Positions 29,295 through 40,077 of a stretch of DNA of 64,000 bases are shown piece after piece. Origin of the DNA: an uncultured Halobacteriales archaeon. Lineage in GTDB: Archaea; Halobacteriota; Halobacteria; Halobacteriales; Hikarchaeaceae. Every line of letters begins with the position of its first letter. The first letter of the stretch is position 1. The translations under genes and the position numbers were made by a program. Where the stretch lies: positions 2,297 to 66,296 of the forward strand of contig CAZEDI010000001.1 in NCBI GenBank assembly GCA_964510865.1, written 5' to 3'. A model generated the notes under the pieces. The model saw only the letters and a list, made by a program, of their open reading frames with translations, did not search any database and was not told the origin of the DNA.

Positions 29295-31558
29295 AAATCA
29301 CCGAGGTTGGCCTGTTCTTCCGTTCCGTCGTCCTCAGTTCGGTCCCTGGATGACTCCTCCTCGGACGAACCCTCTGTGGACGCTCGGCGCTCCGCCATCT
29401 CGACGCCTTCCATCGATGGGGTCGATCGACCAGCGTTTTCGAGAATCGTCTCTGCAGTCGCACGTCTTCCATCGAGTGCCCGAAGTATTACAGATTTCTC
29501 AGCCTCACGGAGGTCAGCGGGTGTTTCGACCCCCGCCTCGAAGAGCCGCCGGGCACGCTTGCGCCCGACCTGTTCGATCCTGACGAGCTCGAGGAGTTCC
29601 TCACGTACACCGTGCAGTACTCGCAGACGCGCCTCCGTGATGGGAGCTGTCGGAATGTCGAGTTCGTCAGCGAGCCGTTCGGCAGCGTTGAGCAGCCACT
29701 CCGCCGTCTCGACCTTCCCTCTCACGTCTCCCGGCCCGACACCATAGCGTTCAGTGATGCGATCCTCGTCAGTCTCAGCCGCCCAATCTTCGAGCAGCTT
29801 CGCCGTTTTGAGGGCCGATAGCCAGTCCTCCCACGCGTTTTCGAACTCCGAGGGCATTCTGCCCAGGAATTCCTCCTCGCGCTCGTATGCGATCTCGGTA
29901 TAGGTCTCTTGATCGCCGGAGCGCAAGTAGAGTTCGTACATGTCAGGCGTCCTCGAGACCAGATGATACATCCCGAGGGCAGTTGGTTCTCTCCCCTCGC
30001 GATCAGCGTGTGCGAGGCCATCGAGTATCTCCGCCGCACTCATCGGGTCGAGATAGAGCCGTGATACGGTGTGGCCGATAGCGGTGGCAGTGAGTCCATC
30101 GCCGTCACGTTCGAGGAAGTCGTTCGCTTCGAGATAGTCGAGCACGCCGTCCGAGACATCGGCGAGTCGTTGGGGATCACTGGTCTGTGCCGCATACAGC
30201 GTCTCGTCGAGGAACTCGAGGAGTGCCGACCGAGAGGTGGCAAACCCCGTGGCCACGGCCGCGAGTACGTGTGTCCTGAGCGCGGGTTCTGCCGCAAGTT
30301 TCGAGCGTACCGGCTCCGGCTCGGCGTAGAGATACCGATCGAATAATTCGTCGTACTCGTCGTGGCTCGAAGCCAAGAGTAGTGCTTCCCCATACGGATC
30401 GAGTCCCGGTCGGCCAGCCCGCCCCATCATCTGATGAACTTCTAGTGTGTCGAGTGGCGCCATGCCTCCTCGCGAGGCATCGTATCGACGCCAATCCCGG
30501 ACCACGACTCGTCGTGCCGGGGTGTTCACCCCTGCTGCCAGCGTCGGCGTCGCACAGATCACTCTGATCGCGCGCTCCCTGAACGCGTCCTCGACGAGTG
30601 AGCGGTGACGATTCGCCAATCCGGCATGGTGAAATGCTGCCCCACGTTCGACTGCGTCCGCCAGGTCCCGACTCGTCTCCGTATCGCTTACCTCCCGGAT
30701 CTCGTCTGCGATGGTCCCGAGTGCGTTTCGCTCGCCTGTGTCCAGGAATGGCTCGACGGCACTGGCGAGCCTGCCCGCGGCAGCCTCGGCGTTCCGCCGC
30801 GAGTTGACGAACACCAGCGTCGACCCGTCTTCAGAGAGCGTATCGCGCACGATCGCTTCCGTCTGTTTCCTGCCCTCCGTGGGGAGCTCGTGTTGCGAGC
30901 CGTCGGCGAACGTGATCGCCCCCCCATAGTGAACACCCCGCCGGAGCTCTATTGGTCGCCAGGTCGAATCGACGAGCGAGGCGTCGAGCCAGTCCGCGAT
31001 CTCGTCCGCGTTTCCAATCGTCGCCGAGAGCGCGACGACCTGTGGGTCCAGCCGCTCCCTGAGCTTTGCAAGTGTCACCTCCAACGTTGGCCCCCGCGTG
31101 GCATCGTCGACTAAGTGGACCTCGTCAGCGACAACACACGAAATCCGGTCGATCCAGGAGGCGTCGTTTCGGACGAGAGAATCGACCTTCTCGCTCGTCG
31201 CGACGACGATGTCCGTTGCCGCGAGCCAGTCGTCAGTACTCTCATAGTCACCCGTCGAGACTCCGACGTCGATCCCGAGTTCCTCGTACGCAGCGAACTC
31301 GCCTCGCTTTTCGCTTGCGAGCGCCCGGAGCGGGACGACGTAGAGAGCCATCCCACCGCGCTCGATCGCAGATAGCATGGCGAGCGTAGCGATCAGTGTC
31401 TTCCCACTCGCGGTTGGCACGCTGGCGACGAGGTTCTCGCCCGCTGTAACACCTGCATTGACTGCATCCGCTTGCGGTGGATACAACTCCTGGACTCCTT
31501 GCTCCTCGAGGAGCGTTGCCGTCCCGTCAGGGAGTCCCGGGACCGACGCAGGTTCCAT
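29291..31558 (-). CDS. hel308: Hel308 (Ski2-like SF2) DNA helicase
   Basis: [39 protein letters not shown], HhH tail. Confidence 0.95.
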   Translation of the reverse strand: MEPASVPGLPDGTATLLEEQGVQELYPPQADAVNAGVTAGENLVASVPTASGKTLIATLAMLSAIERGGMALYVVPLRALASEKRGEFAAYEELGIDVGVSTGDYESTDDWLAATDIVVATSEKVDSLVRNDASWIDRISCVVADEVHLVDDATRGPTLEVTLAKLRERLDPQVVALSATIGNADEIADWLDASLVDSTWRPIELRRGVHYGGAITFADGSQHELPTEGRKQTEAIVRDTLSEDGSTLVFVNSRRNAEAAAGRLASAVEPFLDTGERNALGTIADEIREVSDTETSRDLADAVERGAAFHHAGLANRHRSLVEDAFRERAIRVICATPTLAAGVNTPARRVVVRDWRRYDASRGGMAPLDTLEVHQMMGRAGRPGLDPYGEALLLASSHDEYDELFDRYLYAEPEPVRSKLAAEPALRTHVLAAVATGFATSRSALLEFLDETLYAAQTSDPQRLADVSDGVLDYLEANDFLERDGDGLTATAIGHTVSRLYLDPMSAAEILDGLAHADREGREPTALGMYHLVSRTPDMYELYLRSGDQETYTEIAYEREEEFLGRMPSEFENAWEDWLSALKTAKLLEDWAAETDEDRITERYGVGPGDVRGKVETAEWLLNAAERLADELDIPTAPITEARLRVLHGVREELLELVRIEQVGRKRARRLFEAGVETPADLREAEKSVILRALDGRRATAETILENAGRSTPSMEGVEMAERRASTEGSSEEESSRDRTEDDGTEEQANLGDF

Positions 31559-31662
31559 CGTAACCAGGTAGCCGCCTCCCTGCGTTTAAAGTGTCGTTCT
31601 GTCGTGTTGAGATGTGTACCTGCACTCGCCACGTCTATGTCAGTCGACACGGTATCAGACGT

Positions 31663-31908
31663 ATGCGTATCGAGTACGACCGTGACGTATGCACGGGGAT
31701 GTTCCAGTGCGTCCACGAGTGGGACGCCTTTGAGGAGGATCGGGATGCCGGGAAAGCAATCCTCGACGGCGCGGACGAGGCCGGAGAGGACCTCTATATT
31801 CGCGAGGTTCCGGACGATGCCGAGTTCGACGCGAAAATGGCCGCCCGCGTTTGCCCGGTCGAAGCGATCACGGTCTACGATGACGACGGCGAACAACTCA
31901 TCCCTTGA
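31663..31908 (+). CDS. Ferredoxin (monocluster type)
   Basis: DRDVCTGMFQC ... AARVCPVEAI; start moved to ATG 31663. Confidence 0.88.
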   Translation: MRIEYDRDVCTGMFQCVHEWDAFEEDRDAGKAILDGADEAGEDLYIREVPDDAEFDAKMAARVCPVEAITVYDDDGEQLIP

Positions 31909-31936
31909 GTTTCACCCCGAGTAGAACGATACTCGT

Positions 31937-33322
31937 TCAGATCTCCCCGGGGTCCTTTTCGACGGAATACCATTCGCCCCGCCAGGAGAGGACATACTCG
32001 AAGAGTGCTTTGAGCGCCACGAGCCCATACAGCGGAAAGACGAATGGAACGATCACCCAGTGCCAGCTAACGTCGTCGATCCCTCCACTCTCATAATCGT
32101 GGAACTGGACGACGGCGGTCACGGTAAGGATGGTGAATACGGGCAAGAGGAGGACCGCGGACGACGCAATGGCGTAGTGTAGCGAGTACTCCGAGAACAC
32201 CGTGAGCGTGATCACCTCTTCAGCATTGACAAGGAGGAGGACAGCGAACTTCGACACGATCGAGAGCATCATCGCGGGACCCAACACGGCACCGAAGCAG
32301 ATGAGCGCGACGAGAATGGATCGATAATCCCTCGGATTGACACTCGCCATAATCCGGTGGCTCACTTGTGCATATCCAGTCATCCACCGTTTTCGCTGTC
32401 CCCACCAGTCACGGACAGTATGCGCGGCGTCTATCCTGGATGGATAGTCGAGGTACTCGGCCACGTCGAGGCGCTGCCGGTAGCACTCGCAGGCGAACTT
32501 GAAATCCTCGGTCAGCATGGTGGTGTCGTACCCACCGACAGCCTCGAAGGCTTCTCGCCGCATCACCATGGCTCGGCTCGCGGCCATCCGGAACCCTGTG
32601 AGAACGTAGAGAATCCGCCACCCAGCGAAGCTCAAGAGAACAGACTCGTAGTAGGCAAGTGATTCGATGAGACCCGTCGGTTGTGGCACAGTTCGGCCCT
32701 GTACAATGTCGTGATCCGCAAGGAGGGACGTGGCGTGCGGGAGGAAGTCAGGATCGACGATCTCATCGGCATCGAACACCGCGAGAAACGCACTCTCGGT
32801 GACCTCCGCGGCGTAATTGATCGCCCCGGCCTTGGAGCCGGGATACCGGGTATTCACGAGCTGACTAACGGCGTCGTGTCTCGATGCGAACTCGGTTGCT
32901 CGTTCGCGACTCGCACTGTCGTCTTCCTCAGTAACGATCACCACGTGGAGATCCTCGTATGCCGAAGCGAGGAGGCTTTCGACGCTCCTGTGGAGTACCT
33001 CGGCGTCACGGTAAACAGGGACAATAGCCGTTATCGAGCCGCCCGAGACACACGGGGTGACGTCCGGCTGTGAAAACCTGAGGTGATAGATGAAAATCGC
33101 GCTAGAGACGAGGAAGAAGAGAGCGAACATGACGTTCGAGAGAGTCGCTTCGAGGAGGGCGATAGCGACCAATCCAAAGGCCAGCTCGATCCGGAGCGTA
33201 AGCGCGACGAGACCCTGGAAAAACCCTGACAACAGGATGCTTCCCGAGAGCCCCACGAACCCAATCCTATCGAGCCATCGTCGTGCGTCCATGCTCTTCT
33301 CTCTCATAACGCCGTGCGTCAC
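31937..33322 (-). CDS. GT2-family processive-type glycosyltransferase (cellulose-synthase-like)
   Basis: IVPVYRD, KAGAIN, FDAD, TED, QRKRW motifs; TM helices at both ends. Exact start uncertain. Confidence 0.9.
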   Translation of the reverse strand: MTHGVMREKSMDARRWLDRIGFVGLSGSILLSGFFQGLVALTLRIELAFGLVAIALLEATLSNVMFALFFLVSSAIFIYHLRFSQPDVTPCVSGGSITAIVPVYRDAEVLHRSVESLLASAYEDLHVVIVTEEDDSASRERATEFASRHDAVSQLVNTRYPGSKAGAINYAAEVTESAFLAVFDADEIVDPDFLPHATSLLADHDIVQGRTVPQPTGLIESLAYYESVLLSFAGWRILYVLTGFRMAASRAMVMRREAFEAVGGYDTTMLTEDFKFACECYRQRLDVAEYLDYPSRIDAAHTVRDWWGQRKRWMTGYAQVSHRIMASVNPRDYRSILVALICFGAVLGPAMMLSIVSKFAVLLLVNAEEVITLTVFSEYSLHYAIASSAVLLLPVFTILTVTAVVQFHDYESGGIDDVSWHWVIVPFVFPLYGLVALKALFEYVLSWRGEWYSVEKDPGEI

Positions 33323-33603
33323 CTAAAAAAAGGCGACGGTTGGAATGATACTGATTTGTGTTTAATCTCCCCTTTCGTTCGATCTCGTCCGAGATAGTTC
33401 CACCAGGTGAGCAGAAATCCGCTCGTACTCGGGGCCGGATTCTCGACACTCGGCCACCCGTTACTCGGGACAATGATTAAGTAGGAATCGGGAGTATGCG
33501 CCCCCGAGATGACGCCCGAACATGACCGATCACGTGATCGAGATTCCCACGTACACGAGTGGGAACGGTGGATCCGTCGACGCGACCAGGGCGGCGAAGA
33601 CCG

Positions 33604-34518
33604 CTAGGCGATCGAGTCGTATTGTTCAGCGAGTTTCTCGGCAGCCGCATCGAGTCCGTCCTGCTCGGATTCTGTGAGGTCCCACTCGACGATTTCCTCG
33701 ACACCGCCGTTCCCGAGCTTCACTGGAACGCCGAGGGCGACCTCCTCGAGACCGAACTCTCCTTCGAGAGGCACGGACGCTGGAAGTACCTCTCCCGTGT
33801 CGCGGAGGACGGCCTCGACCATGTGTGCAACCCCGGTAGCCGGCCCCCACTCTGTCGCGCCTTTGCGCTCGATGACGTCCATTGCGGATTCCTGGAGTTC
33901 GCCCAGGATCTCCTCCCGCTCGTTCTCCGAGAACTCCGGGTCACGGCCATCGATGCGCACTTTCGAGAACACAGGTACCTGTGCGTCGCCGTGCTCACCG
34001 AGGATCGTCGCCTCCACATTCTTGACGCCCGTCTCGAATCGCTCTGAGAGGACGTATCGAAATCGTGCGGAATCCAATCGACCACCGAAGCCGATCACCT
34101 TCTCGCGCTCACGGGTTCCAGTCTCGTAGAGGTGACGGTTGAGAAGATCGACGGGATTAGAGGTCGTGATCGTCACGAAGTCGTCGTTGTGCTCGGCGAG
34201 AGACGAGCCGATGTCCTCCATTATCGGGGCGTTATCTCCGGCTAAGTCGATCCGCGTTTGGCCGGGAGAGCGCGGGATCCCCGCGGTAATGACGACGACA
34301 TCCGAGCCAGCGGTATCGGCGTACTCGCCTTTCCTCACTGCCGTGTTTGCATCATAGGCGACGCCATGATTCGTGTCTGCGGCCTGTCCGACGGTGACAT
34401 CTTCCTGCTCGGGAATATCGACGTACACGAGTTCGTCTGCCACGTCGCGCAATGCCAGGTTGTAGCCGGCGGCGGCGCCGACCGTGCCTGCCGCGCCGAC
34501 GATGCTGACTTTTACCAT
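33604..34518 (-). CDS. mdh: Malate dehydrogenase (LDH-like, haloarchaeal)
   Basis: [44 protein letters not shown]; 304 aa from ATG 34518. Confidence 0.96.
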   Translation of the reverse strand: MVKVSIVGAAGTVGAAAGYNLALRDVADELVYVDIPEQEDVTVGQAADTNHGVAYDANTAVRKGEYADTAGSDVVVITAGIPRSPGQTRIDLAGDNAPIMEDIGSSLAEHNDDFVTITTSNPVDLLNRHLYETGTREREKVIGFGGRLDSARFRYVLSERFETGVKNVEATILGEHGDAQVPVFSKVRIDGRDPEFSENEREEILGELQESAMDVIERKGATEWGPATGVAHMVEAVLRDTGEVLPASVPLEGEFGLEEVALGVPVKLGNGGVEEIVEWDLTESEQDGLDAAAEKLAEQYDSIA

Positions 34519-34645
34519 TCCAGCTAGGACTGCCATGGCGCGCTCGTTAAATGCGTCGAAGTACGCCACCTCTGCCGCCCTCGGGTGATATGCCTCGCGA
34601 GTCCGACACATCACGTTTTTCGTGGTTCGTCCCATTGGCTCTACT

Positions 34646-35278
34646 ATGAGCGACACCGAGGATGGCGGCTTCGACAAGGAAGCCGAACGGGAAAAGCTCC
34701 GCGAGAAGCTGGAGGCCGAGGAAGAGTCACGTCGTGCTACCCAGCACATGAGTGAACTCCTCCTCAAAGGGGCGACAATGACGAATCGTCACTGCGATCG
34801 GTGCGGGGACCCGATCTTCCGCCAGGATGGGCAGGAATTCTGTCCGACGTGTGGGGAGACTGTCGGGGAACCAGAGGAGGGCACCGACCCGATTGACGTA
34901 GCGTCCGAGCCAGCGGATCCCAACGACGCGTCCACCGACCCTGCGTCGCCAGAACCACCCGATGCCCAGACGAGCACCGAACCAGCAGAGCCGGATCCCC
35001 AGACATCTGGCCCCGACGAAACCCAAACGGGGGAGGTATCTCCTTCCACGCAACCAGCCGGGTCCCGATCGATCGATCGGCCCGAGCAACCCTCACCCAC
35101 CTCTGCGGACGGAAGGTCGGATGATCTCACTGGGGCTCGGGAATCCCTCGTTCGGACGCTCGCGGACCTTTCGCGGCGTGCGGAGGCGTCGGAAGACATC
35201 CATAGAACTCGAGATTTCCTGGTGGCCGCACGCGAGGCAGCCGAGGCTATCGAGGCCCTCGACCGCGCCGAGCGGTAG
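34646..35278 (+). CDS. SSSCA1/autoantigen-p27-like Zn-ribbon protein
   Basis: [24 protein letters not shown]...FCPTC followed by a low-complexity linker. Confidence 0.85.
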   Translation: MSDTEDGGFDKEAEREKLREKLEAEEESRRATQHMSELLLKGATMTNRHCDRCGDPIFRQDGQEFCPTCGETVGEPEEGTDPIDVASEPADPNDASTDPASPEPPDAQTSTEPAEPDPQTSGPDETQTGEVSPSTQPAGSRSIDRPEQPSPTSADGRSDDLTGARESLVRTLADLSRRAEASEDIHRTRDFLVAAREAAEAIEALDRAER

Positions 35279-35487
35279 GTTTCTGACAGAGCTGGTCTCT
35301 GTGACGTGGTAGGTTTCCGGGTCGTTTCTCCGGACTCGAGGACCCAGGCACGGGAATTCACGGTAGGACACCATTACCCGACACACCGTCCGCCGGGAAC
35401 TACCATCGTGAATGTAGAGACGGGGGGACCCCCGTCAACTCACATCAGCACCGGAATACCTATATTCAGCGATCAGGAGAACCCGGT

Positions 35488-36018
35488 ATGCCTCCGCACG
35501 AGTCTCTCGACGACGCGGCGGTCACTGAACTCATTGCGCAGTTAGGGACGGAAGAGTGGGAAGCTGCGTTCGAGCGAATCGAGACGCTCCTCGAAAACGC
35601 GGGGCCCGAACGGACAGAACATCTCCTTATAGCCATTGTAGAGGGATTCGATCACGAGGATCCGGACGTCCGAAAATGGTGTGTCGCGTTGATGGACCAT
35701 CACGCGACGCCAGCCTGTATTGATCCACTGATCGAGATGCTCGACGACCCACGAACCGCGGTCAGGCGACACGCCGTCCACAGTATCGGCTGCCAATCGT
35801 GCAAGGACGATCCGCTAGACATCGATATCGTCGGATTGCTTATCGAACGGGTCACTCAGGATACGAGTGTCCGAGTTCGCCGGGCCGCCGTCCACATGCT
35901 CGGGAACCAACCGCCCGATGAGCGAGCCGAACAATTCCTCACCAAGCTTCTCCACTCGGCAGGTGACGAGAAACTCCTGCGGAACGCCCAGTGGGCGCTT
36001 GACCAACAGACGCAATAG
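35488..36018 (+). CDS. HEAT-repeat protein
   Basis: Repeated D.DVR, VRRHAVH and VRRAAVH helical units. Confidence 0.8.
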   Translation: MPPHESLDDAAVTELIAQLGTEEWEAAFERIETLLENAGPERTEHLLIAIVEGFDHEDPDVRKWCVALMDHHATPACIDPLIEMLDDPRTAVRRHAVHSIGCQSCKDDPLDIDIVGLLIERVTQDTSVRVRRAAVHMLGNQPPDERAEQFLTKLLHSAGDEKLLRNAQWALDQQTQ

Positions 36019-36145
36019 TAACGGACATGGTCTAGTTCTTGCGTATTAGGTAGCTGCAACCATCGGTTTGCGACCCGACCTCAGTGCTACTTTCACGTAC
36101 GATCGTCCCCTGGGACTTAACCCGCGGGAAAGCGAGCGTGCTCGC

Positions 36146-36538
36146 ATGGACGTCCTGGTTCCGATCGACGGCTCCGAGCCGAGTGAACGGGCACTCCGGT
36201 TCGCAGCGGAGTTCTGTACACGGTTTGGCGGATCGATTCACGTCATACATATCACCGACGAGGAAACCGACGCGACGGAACAAATTCTCGAACGTGCCCG
36301 CGAGATCCTCGCGGACGAAGGAATCGAGGGGGAGCCCGAGGTAGCGATCGACGTCGACTTGGACTTCCGGACAGCTGACCAGGTCGGTGAGGACATCCTC
36401 GCGATGGTGGAGGCAGATGGATACGATCACGTGGTAATGGGCCATCACGGCACCGGCGTCGTGAATCGCGCCATCTTGGGAAGCGCGGCCGAGACGGTTG
36501 TTCGGGCAAACCGCGTCCCCGTCACGATCGTTCCTTGA
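36146..36538 (+). CDS. Universal stress protein
   Basis: VLVPIDGSEPSERAL, D.VVMGHHG, LGSAAE.VVR...PVTIVP. Confidence 0.92.
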   Translation: MDVLVPIDGSEPSERALRFAAEFCTRFGGSIHVIHITDEETDATEQILERAREILADEGIEGEPEVAIDVDLDFRTADQVGEDILAMVEADGYDHVVMGHHGTGVVNRAILGSAAETVVRANRVPVTIVP

Positions 36539-36546
36539 CTCCCTCG

Positions 36547-38325
36547 CTACCGAAGTGCGTTTAACCTGAACTCGAACGCGACGACTGGTACCTCGAGCCC
36601 ATGCTCGACGAGAACCTCGGGATGAATCTCGCCGATAACGCCCACGTGGGCACCGTCGATCACGATATCGGCGACACGTCCATCCAAGAACGTCGGGTGT
36701 TCGGACGCTGGAGTCTCGAGGTCTGCATCGAACCGCCGACAAAGGGCTTGCAAGCGTGCCTTCATATCCTCGTAGGATGCGTCGTGCCGTGCCAGCGCCG
36801 CTGCCACGGTCCGCCACTCGGCGACGTTCGTATTCTCCGTGTGATCCTCACGGGCCACGAGCCCAATCTCCGCAAGATCTTGCGGATAGGCACGATGGGT
36901 ATTGTTCGACAAGACGGTGAGAATCGATGGAAGTGCCCACGTCCTGACGATCTCATACTCCTCGGAGTAGGGTTCGGTGATCCTGACAGGCTTGCCCGTC
37001 CCGACAGTATCACCAGTACCCCAGGGTGGTCGGGTCGGCGTCCCATCATCCGGCGCGAGGCGCATCGTATCGAAGGTCCCGGCTTCGCTGACCAGGTGAA
37101 AGTTCAGCACGTCTTCGAAGCCAAGCCCCACGAGCAGCTCTCGGACCGCTCGCTCGTGGCGCGCGCGTTCGTGTCGACTACCGACGGTCGAGACGTCGGG
37201 ATAGCGCGGGTCCAGTTCGTTGAATCCGAATGCGCGCCCCACATCATCCACGAGGTCGACCGGGTGGAGGACATCTACGCGATATGGGGGAATGCGCACG
37301 TCATATGCGATCTCGTCATCGCCGACCTCCTTCGAGGTTGCATCAAGCCCCGAACGCTCGAAGAGGTCGATTGCGTCCTCTGGGTCGAGGTCAATTCCGA
37401 GGATAGTTTCGATGCTGCGATGGTCGACCGTTTTTTCATCCACGGACAGCTCAGGACGCTGCAGCTCATGGCCCTCGTCCGGGGAAATCGCGTCATCAGC
37501 GTACTGAACCTCGACAGCTTCGACCTGGCCACCACGGGCATCGAGAGCGTAACAGACGATCGTGAGCATCTTGTCGATCGTCCATTGATCGGTACCGGTC
37601 ATCTCGATGAAGAGGTCCCGCGAATCCGTCGAAACTTCGGTCCGGCGACCGTTGATCACTGGCGGGAAGGAGAAGAGCCCGAGGTCGTCATAAATCGCGG
37701 GAAGACGCTCATAGCCGGCCACAATCGGGGCGTACTCATCGCCTATCGGATGGCGTTCGAGAACCTCCCCCGGTGTCATCTCCTCGTCCGAATCGAGTGG
37801 GACGAACGTATCCTCGGAAGGCTCTAGCCCGGTATAGCGGATCGACTTCTCCCGTGCACCCTCCCCTGCACCTGGTGCTCCCTTGAGCATCGTCTGGTCG
37901 TGGACGCCGTTGGCGCCCTTCACCCGTGCTCTCCCCATCGTCGCATGCAGCTTCTCCTGGAGCTGGATCAACGACTCTAAACTCCGCTCGTCGAGGTCGA
38001 GCCCCCTGACAACCGCGCCCGTGACGTATGGACGCTGTGTGGGGACGGATTCGTCGACATATATCGTCCAGTCCGGGTCCGTGACCATGGGACGGTAGAC
38101 GCCTCGGTCGTCACCGTACTGGTAGCGAAGCGAGCGAGCCACTCCCTCGACGGAGAGGCGATCGAGCCTGTCCGGTTCGAACTCGAACTGGAGTTCGCCG
38201 TCCTCCGTGTCACCTTCGAACTCGAGTCCAAGGGCAAAGAGGTCGGACTTCAGCTGATCCTCACTCTTGTCCTCATGACCGATAAGCCGACGGAGTTCGT
38301 CCGGGTCGACGTCGACCGTCGGCAT
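36547..38325 (-). CDS. pheT: Phenylalanyl-tRNA synthetase beta subunit
   Basis: PDRLDRLSVEG.AR, LIQLQEKLH, FPPVIN, D.LHPVDL.DDV, GEIHPEVL. Confidence 0.97.
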   Translation of the reverse strand: MPTVDVDPDELRRLIGHEDKSEDQLKSDLFALGLEFEGDTEDGELQFEFEPDRLDRLSVEGVARSLRYQYGDDRGVYRPMVTDPDWTIYVDESVPTQRPYVTGAVVRGLDLDERSLESLIQLQEKLHATMGRARVKGANGVHDQTMLKGAPGAGEGAREKSIRYTGLEPSEDTFVPLDSDEEMTPGEVLERHPIGDEYAPIVAGYERLPAIYDDLGLFSFPPVINGRRTEVSTDSRDLFIEMTGTDQWTIDKMLTIVCYALDARGGQVEAVEVQYADDAISPDEGHELQRPELSVDEKTVDHRSIETILGIDLDPEDAIDLFERSGLDATSKEVGDDEIAYDVRIPPYRVDVLHPVDLVDDVGRAFGFNELDPRYPDVSTVGSRHERARHERAVRELLVGLGFEDVLNFHLVSEAGTFDTMRLAPDDGTPTRPPWGTGDTVGTGKPVRITEPYSEEYEIVRTWALPSILTVLSNNTHRAYPQDLAEIGLVAREDHTENTNVAEWRTVAAALARHDASYEDMKARLQALCRRFDADLETPASEHPTFLDGRVADIVIDGAHVGVIGEIHPEVLVEHGLEVPVVAFEFRLNALR

Positions 38326-39827
38326 TAGTACGTCACCTCCTCTGTCCGCAAATACTCGAGATCGACGAGCGTGCCATGGACGTCTCGGATGTCTTCTGCT
38401 CCAGTGACGAGCATCATGAGCCGTTCGAGGGCGAGCCCCCAGGCCATCACATCGGCATCGACGTCGAGCGGCTCTAGCATCTCCGGGCGAAAGATCCCCG
38501 AGTTCCCGACTTCGATCAGCTCGTCCGTCTCGGGGTGGGTCCCGAAGAGTTCAAAGCTCGGCTCCGTATAGGGATTATACGTCGGCTTGAACCGCAAGTC
38601 TGTAATGCCGAAGTGTTCGTAAAATTCGGTGAACGTTCCCATCAGATCACGGACTGAGAGGTCGTCAGCCATCACCCACCCTTCGATCTGGAAGAACTCG
38701 AGTAAGTGTGTCGCGTCGATCTCGTCGTTACGATAGGCTTTCTCGACGGAGAAGAATCGCCGAGGTGGCTCCAGCTCGCCGAGCGCCTCACCAGCGAGGT
38801 GGCGGGCAGATAGCGACGTCGTGTGACCCCTGAGATCGATCTGGCGGGCCATCTCTTCGCCCCACGGGGAGTGGTATCCATCGCCGTCAGGACCGACTCC
38901 CTCCCTATGCGCGGATTCGACCCGTTCGACCAGCCCTTCCGGGAGCTCCTGCATCCGGGGAACCTTGAGTGCGAACTGATCCCAGTGTGTCCGTGCAGGA
39001 TGGTCCTGGGGCATGAACAGGCAGTCGTTGATCCAGAATTCCGCGTCCGCGTGTGGACCCTCCATTTCCTCAAAACCCATGCCGACGAGAACGTCTTTCA
39101 CGCGTTCTGCCATCCGCCGGAGTGGATGGGTGCTCCCGCCGTGCATGATTTCGGCGTCCGCGGCGACATTATAGGCAGCGTAGTCTGTCGTGTCCCACGA
39201 GCCACTCGTTAGGGCCTCGGGAGTCACTCGGTCAACTTGCTCGCGAACTTCGATCCCTTCCATGAGTGCCGTCACACCGTCGTCGGTGAGGGTTGCGGAT
39301 CGAGTCGTTTGCTCGGTACGTTCGATAAGCTCGCGTCGCTCAACGTGCTCCAGGACGTCCTCGTCGGCGGGCTCACCGGAACGAACCGCCTCAAGGGCGC
39401 GTGCGTCTGGATCCTCGTCGGGATGTCTCTCTGGATTCGCGGTAATCTCGCCCCGCTCGATCTCCCCATACTCCTTTCGGGCGTAGTTCGCCAGTGCGAT
39501 GTCGACCTGATCACCGTCGAGTCCTGCCTCGTCGATAGCATCACCAAGGGGGACCGGCTCCGACTCCCCACCGAGTTCGAGCGTGGCCCGGTAGAGTCTA
39601 ACCTCGGGAAGCCCGGTTTCGGCGTATTCGGTACCCTCCCCCGTGAGTGAGATATCCAACGCGACCCCTTCTTGGAGTGCGATGAGGCCCGCTTCCTCCA
39701 GCGCGAAGAGTGCACCGGTGACTGTCTCGGGCGGGAGCTCCGTTTCGTCGGCGAGCTGTTCGACTGACATCGATTCGGTCGCGCTGGCCGTCTCGAGTAT
39801 GGCGGCCTGCGCCTGTGGGAGTTGCAT
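38325..39827 (-). CDS. pheS: Phenylalanyl-tRNA synthetase alpha subunit (archaeal)
   Basis: QDHPAR, LRGHTT, YRNDEIDATHL.EF.Q, YNPYTEPS, GNSG.FRPEM, WGLALERL. Confidence 0.97.
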   Translation of the reverse strand: MQLPQAQAAILETASATESMSVEQLADETELPPETVTGALFALEEAGLIALQEGVALDISLTGEGTEYAETGLPEVRLYRATLELGGESEPVPLGDAIDEAGLDGDQVDIALANYARKEYGEIERGEITANPERHPDEDPDARALEAVRSGEPADEDVLEHVERRELIERTEQTTRSATLTDDGVTALMEGIEVREQVDRVTPEALTSGSWDTTDYAAYNVAADAEIMHGGSTHPLRRMAERVKDVLVGMGFEEMEGPHADAEFWINDCLFMPQDHPARTHWDQFALKVPRMQELPEGLVERVESAHREGVGPDGDGYHSPWGEEMARQIDLRGHTTSLSARHLAGEALGELEPPRRFFSVEKAYRNDEIDATHLLEFFQIEGWVMADDLSVRDLMGTFTEFYEHFGITDLRFKPTYNPYTEPSFELFGTHPETDELIEVGNSGIFRPEMLEPLDVDADVMAWGLALERLMMLVTGAEDIRDVHGTLVDLEYLRTEEVTY

Positions 39828-39934
39828 AGGTTGTTGTCCGTGTTCGTGTCGTGACTGCAGTTAGCCCTTGCGAGTCCATAGCGCCAACGAAGGCGGTTTC
39901 ACCCTCCGACCGCCGGAGACGTCCACCGCCCGAT

Positions 39935-40021
39935 TCAGCTGAAAACGAAAAATCCGAATCCCAGAAAACACTCACGATCAGGCCCATCGACACAGCTCGC
40001 ATGGCGGGATTCGGGTGCCAT
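39935..40021 (-). CDS. Putative Phe-rich leader peptide (uORF) of pheST: MAPESRHASCVDGPDRECFLGFGFFVFS
   Basis: Hand-translated. ATG at 40021, TGA at 39937-39935, 5 Phe among the last 10 codons, ends 107 nt before the pheS ATG. Confidence 0.7.
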   Translation of the reverse strand: MAPESRHASCVDGPDRECFLGFGFFVFS

Positions 40022-40043
40022 ATCTCTCCAACCTGGTGACGAG

Positions 40044-40051
40044 AATAAAAA
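40044..40051 (-). promoter_or_regulatory. TATA-like box (TTTTTATT) of the Phe-leader/pheST transcript
   Basis: Lies at -30..-23 from the uORF ATG, the spacing expected for a leaderless haloarchaeal mRNA. Confidence 0.55.
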
Positions 40052-40077
40052 TGTACCGACAATTAGGTCACGCTGAC

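Noticed and set aside
33325-33331. A7 run (T7 on the - strand)
   Set aside because: Ambiguous between the mdh terminator and the GT2 TATA box, so it was not called.
34519-34767. Extension of mdh
   Set aside because: It is antisense to the SSSCA1-like gene, and the 304-aa form from 34518 matches the family.
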